Shown: positions 9,163-20,963 of the stretch, piece by piece
How positions within the stretch are numbered: position 1 is the first letter of the stretch
How the letters are laid out: every line of letters starts with the position of its first letter
Assembly (NCBI GenBank): GCA_963716725.1
Contig: CAVQUB010000011.1
Span: 160,001 to 224,000, forward strand
Source: an uncultured delta proteobacterium
GTDB taxonomy: Bacteria > Myxococcota_A > Polyangia > Polyangiales > Polyangiaceae
Direction: 5' to 3'
DNA length: 64,000 bases
Made by a program: the position numbers and the translations under genes
Notes under the pieces: generated by a model
What the model was told of the DNA's origin: nothing
The model's database searches: none
Seen by the model: only the letters and a program-made list of their open reading frames with translations

Positions 9163-11067
9163 ATGCCTCCCGCCGTGATCGCGCAGGAGACCATCGAGCG
9201 CGTCCGCGCCCACACGGCGATTGTGGCCGTCGTCGGCGAGACAGTGAAGCTGCAGAAGCGAGGCCGGTCCCATCAGGGTCTGTGCCCCTTCCACAAAGAG
9301 AAGACCCCGAGCTTTCACGTCAACGAAGAGCGAGGCTTCTACCACTGCTTCGGCTGCGGCGCCCACGGGGACGCCTTCCGATTCCTGATGGATCTCGAGG
9401 GGCTGAGCTTCGTCGAAGCGATTCGGCGTCTGGCCGAACGCGCGGGCATCACCATCGTCGAACACCACGACGAAGCGCAGAAGCGCGAAGAACTCGAGGC
9501 GCGCCGCCGGCAAGACGAGCTGTACTCCGTGGGCAGTGTGGCTGCGGAGTTCTTCGAACGAATGCTGCGCGAGCACTCCCTCGGACGCCACGCCGAGCGC
9601 GAACTCGACAAGCGCGGACTGCGCAGCGACGACGCCACCGGACCCATCGCGGATGCGTTGCAGGCGTTTCGCATTGGCTACGCCCCCTATTCGTGGGACG
9701 CGCTCGCGGAACACCTGCGCGACGCTGGGATCAGCCATCGCGCGGCGGAGCAGGTCGGACTGCTCGTTCCACGCAAGAGCGGAAGCGGTCACTACGATCG
9801 CTTCCGCCATCGCCTGATGTTCGCGGTGCTCGACCTCCAAGGGCGCGTCATCGCGTTCAGCGGACGAGCGCTGGACGATCCCACCGACGCCGAGCTGTCT
9901 TCGCTCGGGGTCGAGCGCGTTGGCAGCAGCACGCCCGGTGAGGCGCCGGCCAAGTACGTGAACTCGCCGGAGTCGCCCATCTACAAGAAACGTGAGGCGG
10001 TCTTCGGCCTCTACCAAGCCCGGAGCGCTGTCCGCGACTCCGGCGTCGCGGTGTTGGTCGAAGGGAACTTCGACGTGGTCAGCCTGCACGCCCAGGGGAT
10101 CAAGAACGTGGTGGCGCCCCTCGGAACCGCGTTCACGCCCGAGCAAGCACGGCTGGTGAAGCGATTCGCCCCGAGCGTGACGCTCTTGTTCGACGGCGAC
10201 TCCGCGGGCCGACGCGCGGTCGTCGCGTCCCGAGAGTCGTGCAAACAGTCAGGACTATCCGCCAAAGTCGCGACGCTGCCCCAAGGCACCGATCCCGACG
10301 AGCTGTGTCGAACCCAGGGCGCCGAGGCGATTCGGCGCGTGGTGGGCGCGGCCCGAGGTCTGCTCGAGTACCTGATCGAAACTTCACTCGACGCCCTCGC
10401 CGGGACCGATGCCCAGGCCCGCGCCGCCAAGCTCAAAGAAGTGACCGAGCTCCTGGCGGCGGAGGACGATCCGGCGGTTCGGGCCCTGGCCGAGCAGCAC
10501 GCCGACCGCATCGCCGGCCGCCTGGGCATGGGGGACGAACGCACCTTTCGCGCGCTTCGGAGCTCCGTGTTGGCGCGCATGACCGACGCCAGTCCCCGAC
10601 GTGGCGCGGCCCAGAGCCCCGAGCGCGCTCGGTCCAGCTCCGGTCGAAGCGAAGTCGAGCAGGTCGTTTTCGGCGCCTTATTGGACTATCCGGAGCTTCT
10701 CGGCGATGACGAGGTGCTCGCGGGGGTCGACCTGATCGAGGGCGATGTGGCCGGGGCAATTGCCGCACTGCGTCAGGCTTGCTTGAGTGGATCGTTGCAG
10801 AACCCTGAAGTTGTCCTTGCGAAGCTCGCTCCTTCGATCCATCCATTCGCCTCCGCTCGGCTGGCCGCGCCCCGACACGACCGTGTCGAAGACGCAAGAG
10901 GCGAGCTTTTGCAGAATATCGCGAAGTTGAAACGACTCGAGCTCAAGCGACAGCGAAGCGAAGTGATGCGAGAGCTTCAGCAAGCTGCGAGCGTTGGGGA
11001 TGTCGATCAGGAAATGGCTCTGCTGCGTGAGCACATGCGCCGAACGCGTGAGCGTCACGGGCTTTGA
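9163..11067 (+). CDS. dnaG: DNA primase
   Basis: CPFHKEKTPSF...HCFGCG zinc finger, KYVNSPES, Toprim VEGNFDV and FDGD; directly upstream of rpoD. Confidence 0.97.
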   Translation: MPPAVIAQETIERVRAHTAIVAVVGETVKLQKRGRSHQGLCPFHKEKTPSFHVNEERGFYHCFGCGAHGDAFRFLMDLEGLSFVEAIRRLAERAGITIVEHHDEAQKREELEARRRQDELYSVGSVAAEFFERMLREHSLGRHAERELDKRGLRSDDATGPIADALQAFRIGYAPYSWDALAEHLRDAGISHRAAEQVGLLVPRKSGSGHYDRFRHRLMFAVLDLQGRVIAFSGRALDDPTDAELSSLGVERVGSSTPGEAPAKYVNSPESPIYKKREAVFGLYQARSAVRDSGVAVLVEGNFDVVSLHAQGIKNVVAPLGTAFTPEQARLVKRFAPSVTLLFDGDSAGRRAVVASRESCKQSGLSAKVATLPQGTDPDELCRTQGAEAIRRVVGAARGLLEYLIETSLDALAGTDAQARAAKLKEVTELLAAEDDPAVRALAEQHADRIAGRLGMGDERTFRALRSSVLARMTDASPRRGAAQSPERARSSSGRSEVEQVVFGALLDYPELLGDDEVLAGVDLIEGDVAGAIAALRQACLSGSLQNPEVVLAKLAPSIHPFASARLAAPRHDRVEDARGELLQNIAKLKRLELKRQRSEVMRELQQAASVGDVDQEMALLREHMRRTRERHGL

Positions 11068-11079
11068 ATCGAGGTAGCT

Positions 11080-13229
<2,150 letters not shown>

Positions 13230-13248
13230 GCTCGCTCACTGAGCGACG

Positions 13249-13283
13249 GCAAACGGCGTGGGCGACCGCGCCGTTTTGCTTTT
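13249..13283 (+). terminator. Rho-independent terminator of dnaG-rpoD
   Basis: GCAAACGGCG-loop-CGCCGTTTTGC stem followed by TTTT about 20 nt after the rpoD stop. Confidence 0.75.
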
Positions 13284-13336
13284 GTGAGAGTGCTGGCCGA
13301 CGCGCGCAACTTCGCGTGGGCCAGCGGGGGCCCTCG

Positions 13337-14179
13337 TCACGGACACTCGCAGTACGGATCTCGCTCGGCTTCGGACGCGCAGATCCAGTCCCACTTGCCG
13401 GTGTCCGAACAGCAATCGGAGTCCCGCTCACATACGGCAGCGGCACACGTGCTGCAGCTCTCGTTCAGCGCGGCCCCCTCAGTGCACTCGTCGTGGGCGC
13501 ACGCGCTCACTCCGTCCGCGCACACGCCGCGGCAAATGCCGACCGTCTTCTTTGCCTCGGCCACACACTCTTCGGTCCAGCCTTTGGCCTCGAGGTCCCA
13601 GAGCGCGTGACCAATCTCGTGCCCCGCGATTCGAGCCACGTCTGGGTTCGCCGCGAAGATCCCGATGCGGACCTGGGCTGACGCCGTGCCCGCCCATTCG
13701 CTCGTGTTGGCGGGCATGAGCACCACGTCCGAGTGCGTCTCGGTGCGCGCGGCGTCGAGCTTTGCCAGCGTTTCTGCGGGCAGGTCGTCGCGCATCCAGA
13801 TCTGGCGGTGCATGGCCGGATCGTTCGGGTCGTGGGCGTGTTCGACGCGGAACGCCGTGTCTCTCACGGTCCCGGTCGCCGCATCGGAGAGCCCCGAGTC
13901 CACGGACGTGAAGAACTTCCGATACACGGCGACGTACTTCCAGTTCTCCGCGAAGCCCGGGATGGCCTCCAGCTTGGCGAGCATCGCCTGGGCGTCGGCG
14001 TCGAACCTGGACTCCTCGCTCTTGGTGTAGCCCTCGGCGACCAATAAGAAGGTGTAGGCCGTGCAGGGCTGGCTCGGCTCGACCACCTGGACGCTGGGGC
14101 CGGCATCAGCGCCCCCGCTTCCGCCCACGTAGACCGCGCGCCGCGGGCCAATTGGCGATCGCTGACGAGCGCTCGGCAC
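13337..14179 (-). CDS. Peptidase M64-like zinc metalloprotease fragment with C-terminal Cys-rich domain
   Basis: FLLVAEGYT...S.DSG M64-like N-region, HEIGH zincin motif, C-terminal CxxCxxxVCxxDxxCC...WD..C module. Confidence 0.6.
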   Translation of the reverse strand: MPSARQRSPIGPRRAVYVGGSGGADAGPSVQVVEPSQPCTAYTFLLVAEGYTKSEESRFDADAQAMLAKLEAIPGFAENWKYVAVYRKFFTSVDSGLSDAATGTVRDTAFRVEHAHDPNDPAMHRQIWMRDDLPAETLAKLDAARTETHSDVVLMPANTSEWAGTASAQVRIGIFAANPDVARIAGHEIGHALWDLEAKGWTEECVAEAKKTVGICRGVCADGVSACAHDECTEGAALNESCSTCAAAVCERDSDCCSDTGKWDWICASEAERDPYCECP

Positions 14180-14205
14180 GCGGGTTCGGGCTGCTCACCA
14201 GCGCT

Positions 14206-15354
14206 TCATGCAACGACATCCCGTCTTCCGGCAACCCGAACCCGATGCACCTCGCTGAGGATGGATGCCACGCGGCGGAGCCAACCCCAAAAGGTCAGAC
14301 ACCAGGCGATGAGCGCGACGATCACGAAACGTCGGGCCACCGCCGTGAGCTCGGGCACGCCAACGACCGTCGCCACCTGGAAGGTACACGCGGTGTACAT
14401 GCCCAATGGGAAGACGGCGCCCCAATACAGCGGGTCGTAGGTGACCGGGAAGCGCTTCACTGCGTGCCGCCAGACGGCCAAGATCACCAGCATGGGGATC
14501 CACCAGGTGGCAGTGGCCCAGTACCAGAGCGTGAAGCCTTTGAGGAAAGGCAGCAGCGAGACCAGCAGAGGCGAGGCGTCCGCGTGCTTGATCAGCGTGG
14601 TGCCGGCCAGCGTCGAGATCGCCATCGCTCCCATGTTGATCCAGTAGGGCGGCATCAGATCGCTGGGGAGAAATCGAAAGAACGTATAGCGGTAGAAGAT
14701 CAGCGAGATGGTCCAGATGTAGAGCATCCCGCCGCACAGCCAAAAGGAGAGCATCACGAAGAGGGCGAAGACCCGATGGGGACCGAAGGTGCTCGAGATG
14801 TTGGTGCCGAGCACGCACAGCGACTGTGTGGCGACCACCGCCACCAGCCATCCACCGTTGATGCCGTTGGGCAGCGTAGGCTTGGCGTCGCGGACCGTCA
14901 GCGCGGTGAAGATGGCGTACATGCAGCCGCACCACAGCGCGAGGCCCACCCACCACAGCCCTCGCCCGAGCCCCAATGCCGAGCGCAGCGTGACGTGCTG
15001 CGTTCCCACCACGCAGGTGCTCGCCACGATGGTGAAGAACCCGACGCCGCGCTGGTGATCGCTCCAGTCCGCCAGGAAGGCGCGAGGAAAGCGCACCAGC
15101 CTGAGCAGGTTCAACCCGATGAGCATGGCGAAGAGCGGCACGGTCAGCCACAGCAGCACCTTCGCGAAGGTGCCATAGCCGAGGAGCTGGCAGGCAATGG
15201 ACACGATGCCCGTGGACATCACCATGGCGAAGTACGCCGGATGCAGGTTCTTCAGGCGTTCGTCGGTGACGTGAGCGATCGCGGCGCCGAGCCTCAGTCC
15301 GGACGCGCGCGCAGGGGGCAGGTCCGACTTCAGAGCCTCAGTGGCTTGCTGCAC
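14206..15354 (-). CDS. TDT/SLAC1 family (tellurite resistance/C4-dicarboxylate) transporter
   Basis: PAYFAMVMSTGIVS, PPYWINMGAMAIS, YWGAVFPLGMY; about 10 TM; start uncertain. Confidence 0.85.
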   Translation of the reverse strand: MQQATEALKSDLPPARASGLRLGAAIAHVTDERLKNLHPAYFAMVMSTGIVSIACQLLGYGTFAKVLLWLTVPLFAMLIGLNLLRLVRFPRAFLADWSDHQRGVGFFTIVASTCVVGTQHVTLRSALGLGRGLWWVGLALWCGCMYAIFTALTVRDAKPTLPNGINGGWLVAVVATQSLCVLGTNISSTFGPHRVFALFVMLSFWLCGGMLYIWTISLIFYRYTFFRFLPSDLMPPYWINMGAMAISTLAGTTLIKHADASPLLVSLLPFLKGFTLWYWATATWWIPMLVILAVWRHAVKRFPVTYDPLYWGAVFPLGMYTACTFQVATVVGVPELTAVARRFVIVALIAWCLTFWGWLRRVASILSEVHRVRVAGRRDVVA

Positions 15355-15943
15355 GGGCCCTGGCGAGCCTCTCGATGGTGGCCATCGTGCGCGCCGACTT
15401 GTGCACTGGCTCGCCGCACTCGAAAGCGTCGAAGCGCTCCCGAGAGTCATCCCAGCGGAGCTTGACCGGCGTCAGCCAGCCCCCGCGCTGACACGCCGGA
15501 CAGGCCTCGAACTCGACGCCGACCCGTGCCTTCGTCGCCGCGTCGGCTGGCGGGGCTTGGTCCAAGAAGCTGAGCAGCTGCAGGTCGCCAGCTTCGATCG
15601 ACTCCAAGAGCTCTGCGTGGGTGTCCTCGCGCAGCATCAGCGTGCGCGTTTGCAGCGGTTCACGGCAGGTGGCGCAGGCTTGCACTCCCGAGACGAAGAG
15701 CAGCATGGCGCCCGCGATGATCGCGCCGAAGGCGCACACCCCAGAGAGGATCTCGCCCGCGGTACCGAACGCACTGGCCGCGGCAAACGAGAGCGCCATG
15801 AGCGCTGCTGTGCCGCCAAAGATTGACAGCAAACCTGCCGCCACCAAACCCCATGAGAGCCTGACGGATGTGCCGTTGACGTCGGTCTCCGGGCCCGGCG
15901 GGATGACCTGTGTCGCGGTGGACGAAACGTAGGAAGTAGCCAT
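15338..15943 (-). CDS. Hypothetical membrane protein with two CxxC pairs
   Basis: Two TM segments then CATC and CPAC; GAGGAG SD upstream of ATG. Confidence 0.6.
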   Translation of the reverse strand: MATSYVSSTATQVIPPGPETDVNGTSVRLSWGLVAAGLLSIFGGTAALMALSFAAASAFGTAGEILSGVCAFGAIIAGAMLLFVSGVQACATCREPLQTRTLMLREDTHAELLESIEAGDLQLLSFLDQAPPADAATKARVGVEFEACPACQRGGWLTPVKLRWDDSRERFDAFECGEPVHKSARTMATIERLARARAASH

Positions 15944-16041
15944 CGGTCAGCTCCTCAGTTGGATGTTCGGAACCACTCCCAAATGGTGAAGGATTCGGGA
16001 AAGCCCGACAATCGGCCGCGCCTCACGCAGCTGTCAGCGAA

Positions 16042-16060
16042 CGCCTACGCGAGCGTAGGC
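16042..16060. terminator. GC hairpin downstream of response regulator
   Basis: GCCTACGC-GA-GCGTAGGC inverted repeat just after the stop; no U-tract. Confidence 0.35.
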
Positions 16061-16065
16061 CGTCG

Positions 16066-16698
16066 TCAGTCGATGAGGCCGTGCTGCAACGCGTAGCGAG
16101 TGAGGTCCGCGTTGGTCCGGAGCTGGAGCTTCTCCAAGATCCTCGTGCGATAGGTGCTGACCGTCTTCGCGCTGATCTGCAGATCGCTTGCCACCTCGCT
16201 CACGCTGCGGCCAGCTGCCAACGCGACGAGTACGGAGAATTCCCGAGCAGAAAGCGCCTCGTGGGGGGCGACGCTCTGCCCGGTGGCGCGTTCCTGAGCC
16301 AGCTTCTCGGCGAGCACCTCGGACACGTACAGGCGCTTGTTGAGGACTTTGTTGATGGCCTGAACGAGCTCTTCGGGGGCGCGCTCTTTGGTGATGTAGC
16401 CCGCCGCACCGGCCCGCAGAGCGCGGATCGCGAACTGCTCTTCGGAATGCATGCTCACCACCAGCACCGGCAGATTGGGCCGCAAAGCCTTGATATTGCC
16501 GAGCACTTCCATCCCGGTCTGACCGGGCATGGTGATGTCCAGGAGCACTGCGTCCCAGTCGTGCTGGCTGACCATGGCCAGAGTCTGCTCGGCGCTGGCC
16601 GCTTCGCCCAAGCGCACCGGACCCAGCTGCTCTGCGACGATCTTGCAGATCCCTGCCCGCACCATGGCGTGGTCGTCAGCGACGAGGATCTTCAGCAC
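16066..16698 (-). CDS. NarL/LuxR-family response regulator (UvrY-like)
   Basis: ILVADDH, LLDITMPG, GYITK; LuxR HTH LSAREF...KTVSTYRTRILEKL. Confidence 0.93.
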   Translation of the reverse strand: MLKILVADDHAMVRAGICKIVAEQLGPVRLGEAASAEQTLAMVSQHDWDAVLLDITMPGQTGMEVLGNIKALRPNLPVLVVSMHSEEQFAIRALRAGAAGYITKERAPEELVQAINKVLNKRLYVSEVLAEKLAQERATGQSVAPHEALSAREFSVLVALAAGRSVSEVASDLQISAKTVSTYRTRILEKLQLRTNADLTRYALQHGLID

Positions 16699-18467
16699 GA
16701 TTCGGCTCCTCCCGCAGCGCGCGTGGGCACTACTAGGCTGACCCGTGTGCCCGCGCCGGGGGCGCTCGTCAAGTCGATGGTGCCGCCGATCAGCCGCGCG
16801 CGTTCGCGCATGCCCAGCAGGCCCAGCGATGTGGAGTCGTCGGCCACGCCCTCCGGCAGTCCCTTGCCGTCGTCGATGACTTCGAGCGTGAGCGCTTCGG
16901 CGGTCTGTGTCAGCGACGCTCGCACGTGGGTCGCCTCGGCGTGGCGCGTCACGTTGGTCAGGGCCTCTTGGAAGACCCGGAAGATAGCCGTCGCCTGAGT
17001 GGGGTCGACCGCCAGGATTGGGGCGGCGATCTCCAGCTCGCAGTGGATCCCGCCATGCCGCTCGAACTCGCCGGCTTGCCACTCGAGGGCGGCTTCGAGG
17101 CCCAGCTGATCGAGGACCCCGGGACGCAGGGCGGTGGAAATGTCCCGCACCAGCTGGACCATTTCGTCCACGCGCCCCCCCAGCTCCCCCAGCGAAACGC
17201 TGGAGTCAGGCGCCTTGCGGGCGACGGCGGCGATGTCCAGCTTCAGCGCGGTGAGGGACTGCCCGAGTTGGTCGTGCAATTCTCGGGCGATGCGCGCGCT
17301 CTCTTCTTCTCGCGCGGACTGCAGTCCCTGCGAGAGCGCGCGGAGCTGGCGCTCGCTGGCGCGCAGCTCCGCCGCGTGCTCTTCGGCTTCGCGCTGTCGC
17401 CGCTCGAGCACGTCCGCCATCGAGTTGAAGGTTCGTGCCAGCACCGCGATCTCGCTCTCGGGCAAGCGCTCCGGCGCGCGGGCGTGGGGGTCGCCCTCCG
17501 CCAAGCGTTGCGTTGCGCTCACCAGCGCGCGGATGCCGCGCAGCACGAAGACCTCGGTTCCAAGGAGGCCCACGGCGGCCGCGAACAGCGTGAGGGCGAC
17601 CAGGGCAGCGATCTGTTGCCAGAGCGCGCGGTCCGCCGGCGCAAAGGCGAGCGTGCTCGGCACGCCGACCAACGCGTAGACGTCTTCCATGCTGGCCAAG
17701 GGGGCGATGGACAGCAGCCTCGAGACGCCGTCGATGTCGACGGCGCTGCCGACGTACCGGCCTCGACGTGGCGCCGCGAGCACTGCCGCGATACCGGTGT
17801 GGGTCGATCCCACCCAGCGTTCGGAGTCCGCCGAACGGGCCAGGATCCTCCCCTGCCGGTCGACCAGGGTCAGCACCGTCTGGGCGGGCAGCTCGGCCTG
17901 CTCCGCGAGCTTGCCGAACCACCCGAGTTCGAGAGCGACGAAGAGGACCCGCTGGACGCCGCCGGAGGCGTCACGCACCGCGTACGCGAGCACCAGCACC
18001 GGGCGCTGCACGATCAGTCCGATTTGATAGTCGCCGCTCTCGACGGTCTGCGAGTGCACCGCGCGCTGAAACGCCGGCGTCTGGGACATGTCGACCGGGT
18101 GCGGAACCGGTGCGACCGAGCAAGTGACGCGACCGGTATCGGTCAGGATGCCGAGGTTCGCGAAGTGGGGAAACCCGCGCAGCAAGGGCGAGAAAAAGGC
18201 GGGGCACTTTCCTGCGGAGTCCTCGGCGGCCCCGGGAATGCTGCCCAGGCTCGCCAGCAACTCGCGTCCGGCTGAAATCTCCCGGGCATGCTCGCGCGAC
18301 GCGAGTCGCGCGACGCGAAGTGAGTCGGCTTCCACGGCGCGCATGGTGGCGTTGCGCTGCCCGGCCGCCGTGAGCAGAATCATGGCCAGCGCTGGCACGG
18401 TGACGATTCCGATCAGCACCAAGAACCTCGCCCGAAGCGTGAAACGAAGCGCCCCCCTCGCGGACAT
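16692..18467 (-). CDS. Sensor histidine kinase (Cache-like, HAMP, HisKA_3, HATPase)
   Basis: 2 TM, HAMP EIAVLARTFNSM, H-box RIARELHDQLGQ, QEALTNVTRHA, DDGKG, GLLGMRER. Confidence 0.93.
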   Translation of the reverse strand: MSARGALRFTLRARFLVLIGIVTVPALAMILLTAAGQRNATMRAVEADSLRVARLASREHAREISAGRELLASLGSIPGAAEDSAGKCPAFFSPLLRGFPHFANLGILTDTGRVTCSVAPVPHPVDMSQTPAFQRAVHSQTVESGDYQIGLIVQRPVLVLAYAVRDASGGVQRVLFVALELGWFGKLAEQAELPAQTVLTLVDRQGRILARSADSERWVGSTHTGIAAVLAAPRRGRYVGSAVDIDGVSRLLSIAPLASMEDVYALVGVPSTLAFAPADRALWQQIAALVALTLFAAAVGLLGTEVFVLRGIRALVSATQRLAEGDPHARAPERLPESEIAVLARTFNSMADVLERRQREAEEHAAELRASERQLRALSQGLQSAREEESARIARELHDQLGQSLTALKLDIAAVARKAPDSSVSLGELGGRVDEMVQLVRDISTALRPGVLDQLGLEAALEWQAGEFERHGGIHCELEIAAPILAVDPTQATAIFRVFQEALTNVTRHAEATHVRASLTQTAEALTLEVIDDGKGLPEGVADDSTSLGLLGMRERARLIGGTIDLTSAPGAGTRVSLVVPTRAAGGAESC

Positions 18468-18556
18468 GGCAGTGGCGCTGTGCCGGACGGGCATGCGACA
18501 CAATAAATGACCGGTCGCGATTGTCGAACGCGGACCGGGGCGAGGAGTTTGGAGTT

Positions 18557-18637
18557 GCCCCCCCACGCCCGGGCGCGGCTACGCCTCGCGCGGGCTTCCC
18601 CCCCAAATCGGCCGCTCCGCGGCCTCAGGGGGGGAAT
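18557..18637. repeat. REP-like palindromic intergenic element
   Basis: C-run, nested GC hairpin CCCGGGCGCGGC-TA-CGCCTCGCGCGGG, then TTCCCCCCC...GGGGGGGAA inverted arms. Confidence 0.4.
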
Positions 18638-18705
18638 TGAGGTCATCCCGCAGCTCGCAACGCCCGCAGCTCGCAATGCCTAGGCGAACAACGATGCCTC
18701 TGCGG

Positions 18706-20237
18706 CTAGACTTCGCAAAACCCGAATTTGGTCGCGCTGCAGCAGTTGACCGCCGAATTCTGAACACACCACGGGAGGCTTGGGGGGCAGGTTCCGCAGA
18801 CGGTGTTGCCCCCGCAACCGTTGGGCCGCGTGCCGCACTCGTCGAGCTGGTCGCAGGCGTTCGGATCGGGCGTGCAACAGCTCGCGTTGTAACAAAGCGC
18901 GGTGCCCGTACAGCCGCAATCCGCCGGACAAGTCGAGCAATTCTCCGGAGCGGCGCAGGTGCCATCACCGCAGCCAACGCACTTGCCGCTGCCGTTGCAG
19001 GTCAACGTGCCGGAGCAGGTGCCACAGCTGCCGCCACAAGCGTTGCTACCACACTGCTTGCCGCTGCACTGCGGCGTGCAGCAACTCGAGTTGTAGCAAG
19101 TGGCCGAGCCGCTGCATGAGCAGTCAGCCGGACAGTTCCCGCAGTTCTCACCGGCTTGGCAGCTACCGTTGCCACACGCTACGTCCTGCACGCAATTCGA
19201 GGTCTGGCACGAGAACCCCGACTGGCAGGTGCCGCAACTGCCGCCGCAGCCGTTCGAGCCGCAGGTCTTGCCAGCGCACTGCGGCGTACAGCAGCTGCCA
19301 GCGGAGGTGCAGGACTGCCCGCCGCTGCAGGGACAGTCACTGGCGCAGTTCGCGCAGTTCTCTCCGGTCTGGCAGGTGCCGTTGCCGCAGACCAGGTCCA
19401 GCACACAGTTGCCGCCCGTGCACGTCGAGCCGCTGGTGCAGCTACCACATACCCCGCCGCAACCGTCGGACCCGCAGCTCTTGCCGGCGCAGTTCTTGGT
19501 GCAGCAAGCCCCGGCCACGCAGCTCCCGCCAGTGCATGCGCAGTCGGCGCAGTTCGCGCAGGTCTCACCCGCGGCAAGCTCACAGCTGCCGTTGCCACAG
19601 GTCGTCGAGGTCACGCAGGCGCCGTTCTGACAGATGCTGCCCGTAGCACACTGGGAGCAGACACCGCCGCAGCCGTCGTCGCCGCACTTCCCAGCGGGGC
19701 AACTGGGCGTGCAGCACGCTCCGCCCAAGCACACCCCGTCCTTGCAACCGCAATCCAAGGCGCAGCTTTCGCAGCTCTCCGTGGGATCGCAGAGCTTGTT
19801 GCCGCAGGAAACCTGAGCGACGCACTTGCCCCCCACGCACAGCTCGCCCGACGGGCACCCCAGGCAGTCGATGGCGTAGCCGCAGCCATCGTTGCTGATG
19901 CCACACTCGATGCCGAGGAATCGGCGCAGGTGCTCGAGACACACCCCGTACCACAACGATTCGGGCCACCCCCGCCACAGACCTGGCCGCTCGGGCAGCC
20001 GCCACAATCCAGGACTTTGCCGCAGCCGTCGATGAGTTTGCCGCAGTCGTCCGCAGTACAGACCGCGGGCACACACGCGGCCGCATCAACCCCGCCGTCT
20101 TGGGCTCCGCCCGCGTCGGCGGGGTCGCCCTTCAAATCGTCGAGAGACGATGCCAACGAACAGGCGCCGAACAGCGCGAGTCCCATCGCGACCGGGAACA
20201 GCCTGAAGAAAGCCCGCAGCATCTGGCTCGGAATCAT
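18706..20237 (-). CDS. Cys-rich repeat lipoprotein (one frameshift near 19920)
   Basis: Lipobox LFGAC in one frame, continuing in another as repeated CGNGxC..ExCxxCxxDC and CCTPxCxGKxCGxDGCGGxCGxC modules. Confidence 0.75.
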
Positions 20238-20328
20238 GGCACGGAGTGGCGCCACTTGCATCCGCGCCACCGTGCTCCGGCGCGCCGGAGGCGGAACCAC
20301 AGCGTGTGCCGCTCGACGGGCAGCTTGC

Positions 20329-20811
20329 TCAGGGCAGGCAGCTGGAAGCTGGCGTCTCGTCGAAGTCACACTTCGCGGTGGTGAGGCCCGGAGAGCACTG
20401 GGCGACTTGTTCTTCGCCGCTCGGGCACGGGCCCGTGGCGCCGCAGTAGCAAGCACCTCGAGAGTCGTCCGTGACCTTGCAGCAGACCGGCCCCGTGCAC
20501 GTGTCGGCGCCCGACGAAGGCGCTGTGTTGAACTCACACCCGCAGCTCTGCCCGACCATTTCGCACTTCCAACTCGTGCAACTGCAGATCTCGGGGCCGT
20601 CGCAGCAAGCGATTGGGAGGTTGGTGTAGCTCGGCCCCTGTTCGCAGGCATCGACGGCAGTCGCGCCCGAGGGGAGCGGCTCACCACAGGCGCACTTGCC
20701 CAAGTCGACGTAACACTTGGCGGTGGGTTTCGTTGCGCCGCCGTCCGAGCTCCCACACGACAGCAGCAAGACCGACCCCAAGAGCACGTGGACCAGCGAC
20801 ATGACCTTCAT
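20329..20811 (-). CDS. Small Cys-rich lipoprotein
   Basis: Signal peptide with LLSC lipobox; Cys-dense mature region. Confidence 0.7.
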   Translation of the reverse strand: MKVMSLVHVLLGSVLLLSCGSSDGGATKPTAKCYVDLGKCACGEPLPSGATAVDACEQGPSYTNLPIACCDGPEICSCTSWKCEMVGQSCGCEFNTAPSSGADTCTGPVCCKVTDDSRGACYCGATGPCPSGEEQVAQCSPGLTTAKCDFDETPASSCLP

Positions 20812-20963
20812 GGAAACCCCTCGCAGACTCTAGCGCACATCGCCTGGAGGGAAGCACCCATCACAGCGGGCGACCGGGCAAGAGCCCGAAGGTTCGGGCT
20901 CCGGGAGTTCCTGCGAATTCGCGCACGCGACACGGCCCGTCGCTGCTCGCAGGCGCGGACGCC

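Noticed and set aside
20882..20901. Perfect hairpin GAGCCCGAA-GG-TTCGGGCTC
   Set aside because: Lies between divergent starts, has no U-tract and is single copy; function cannot be supported
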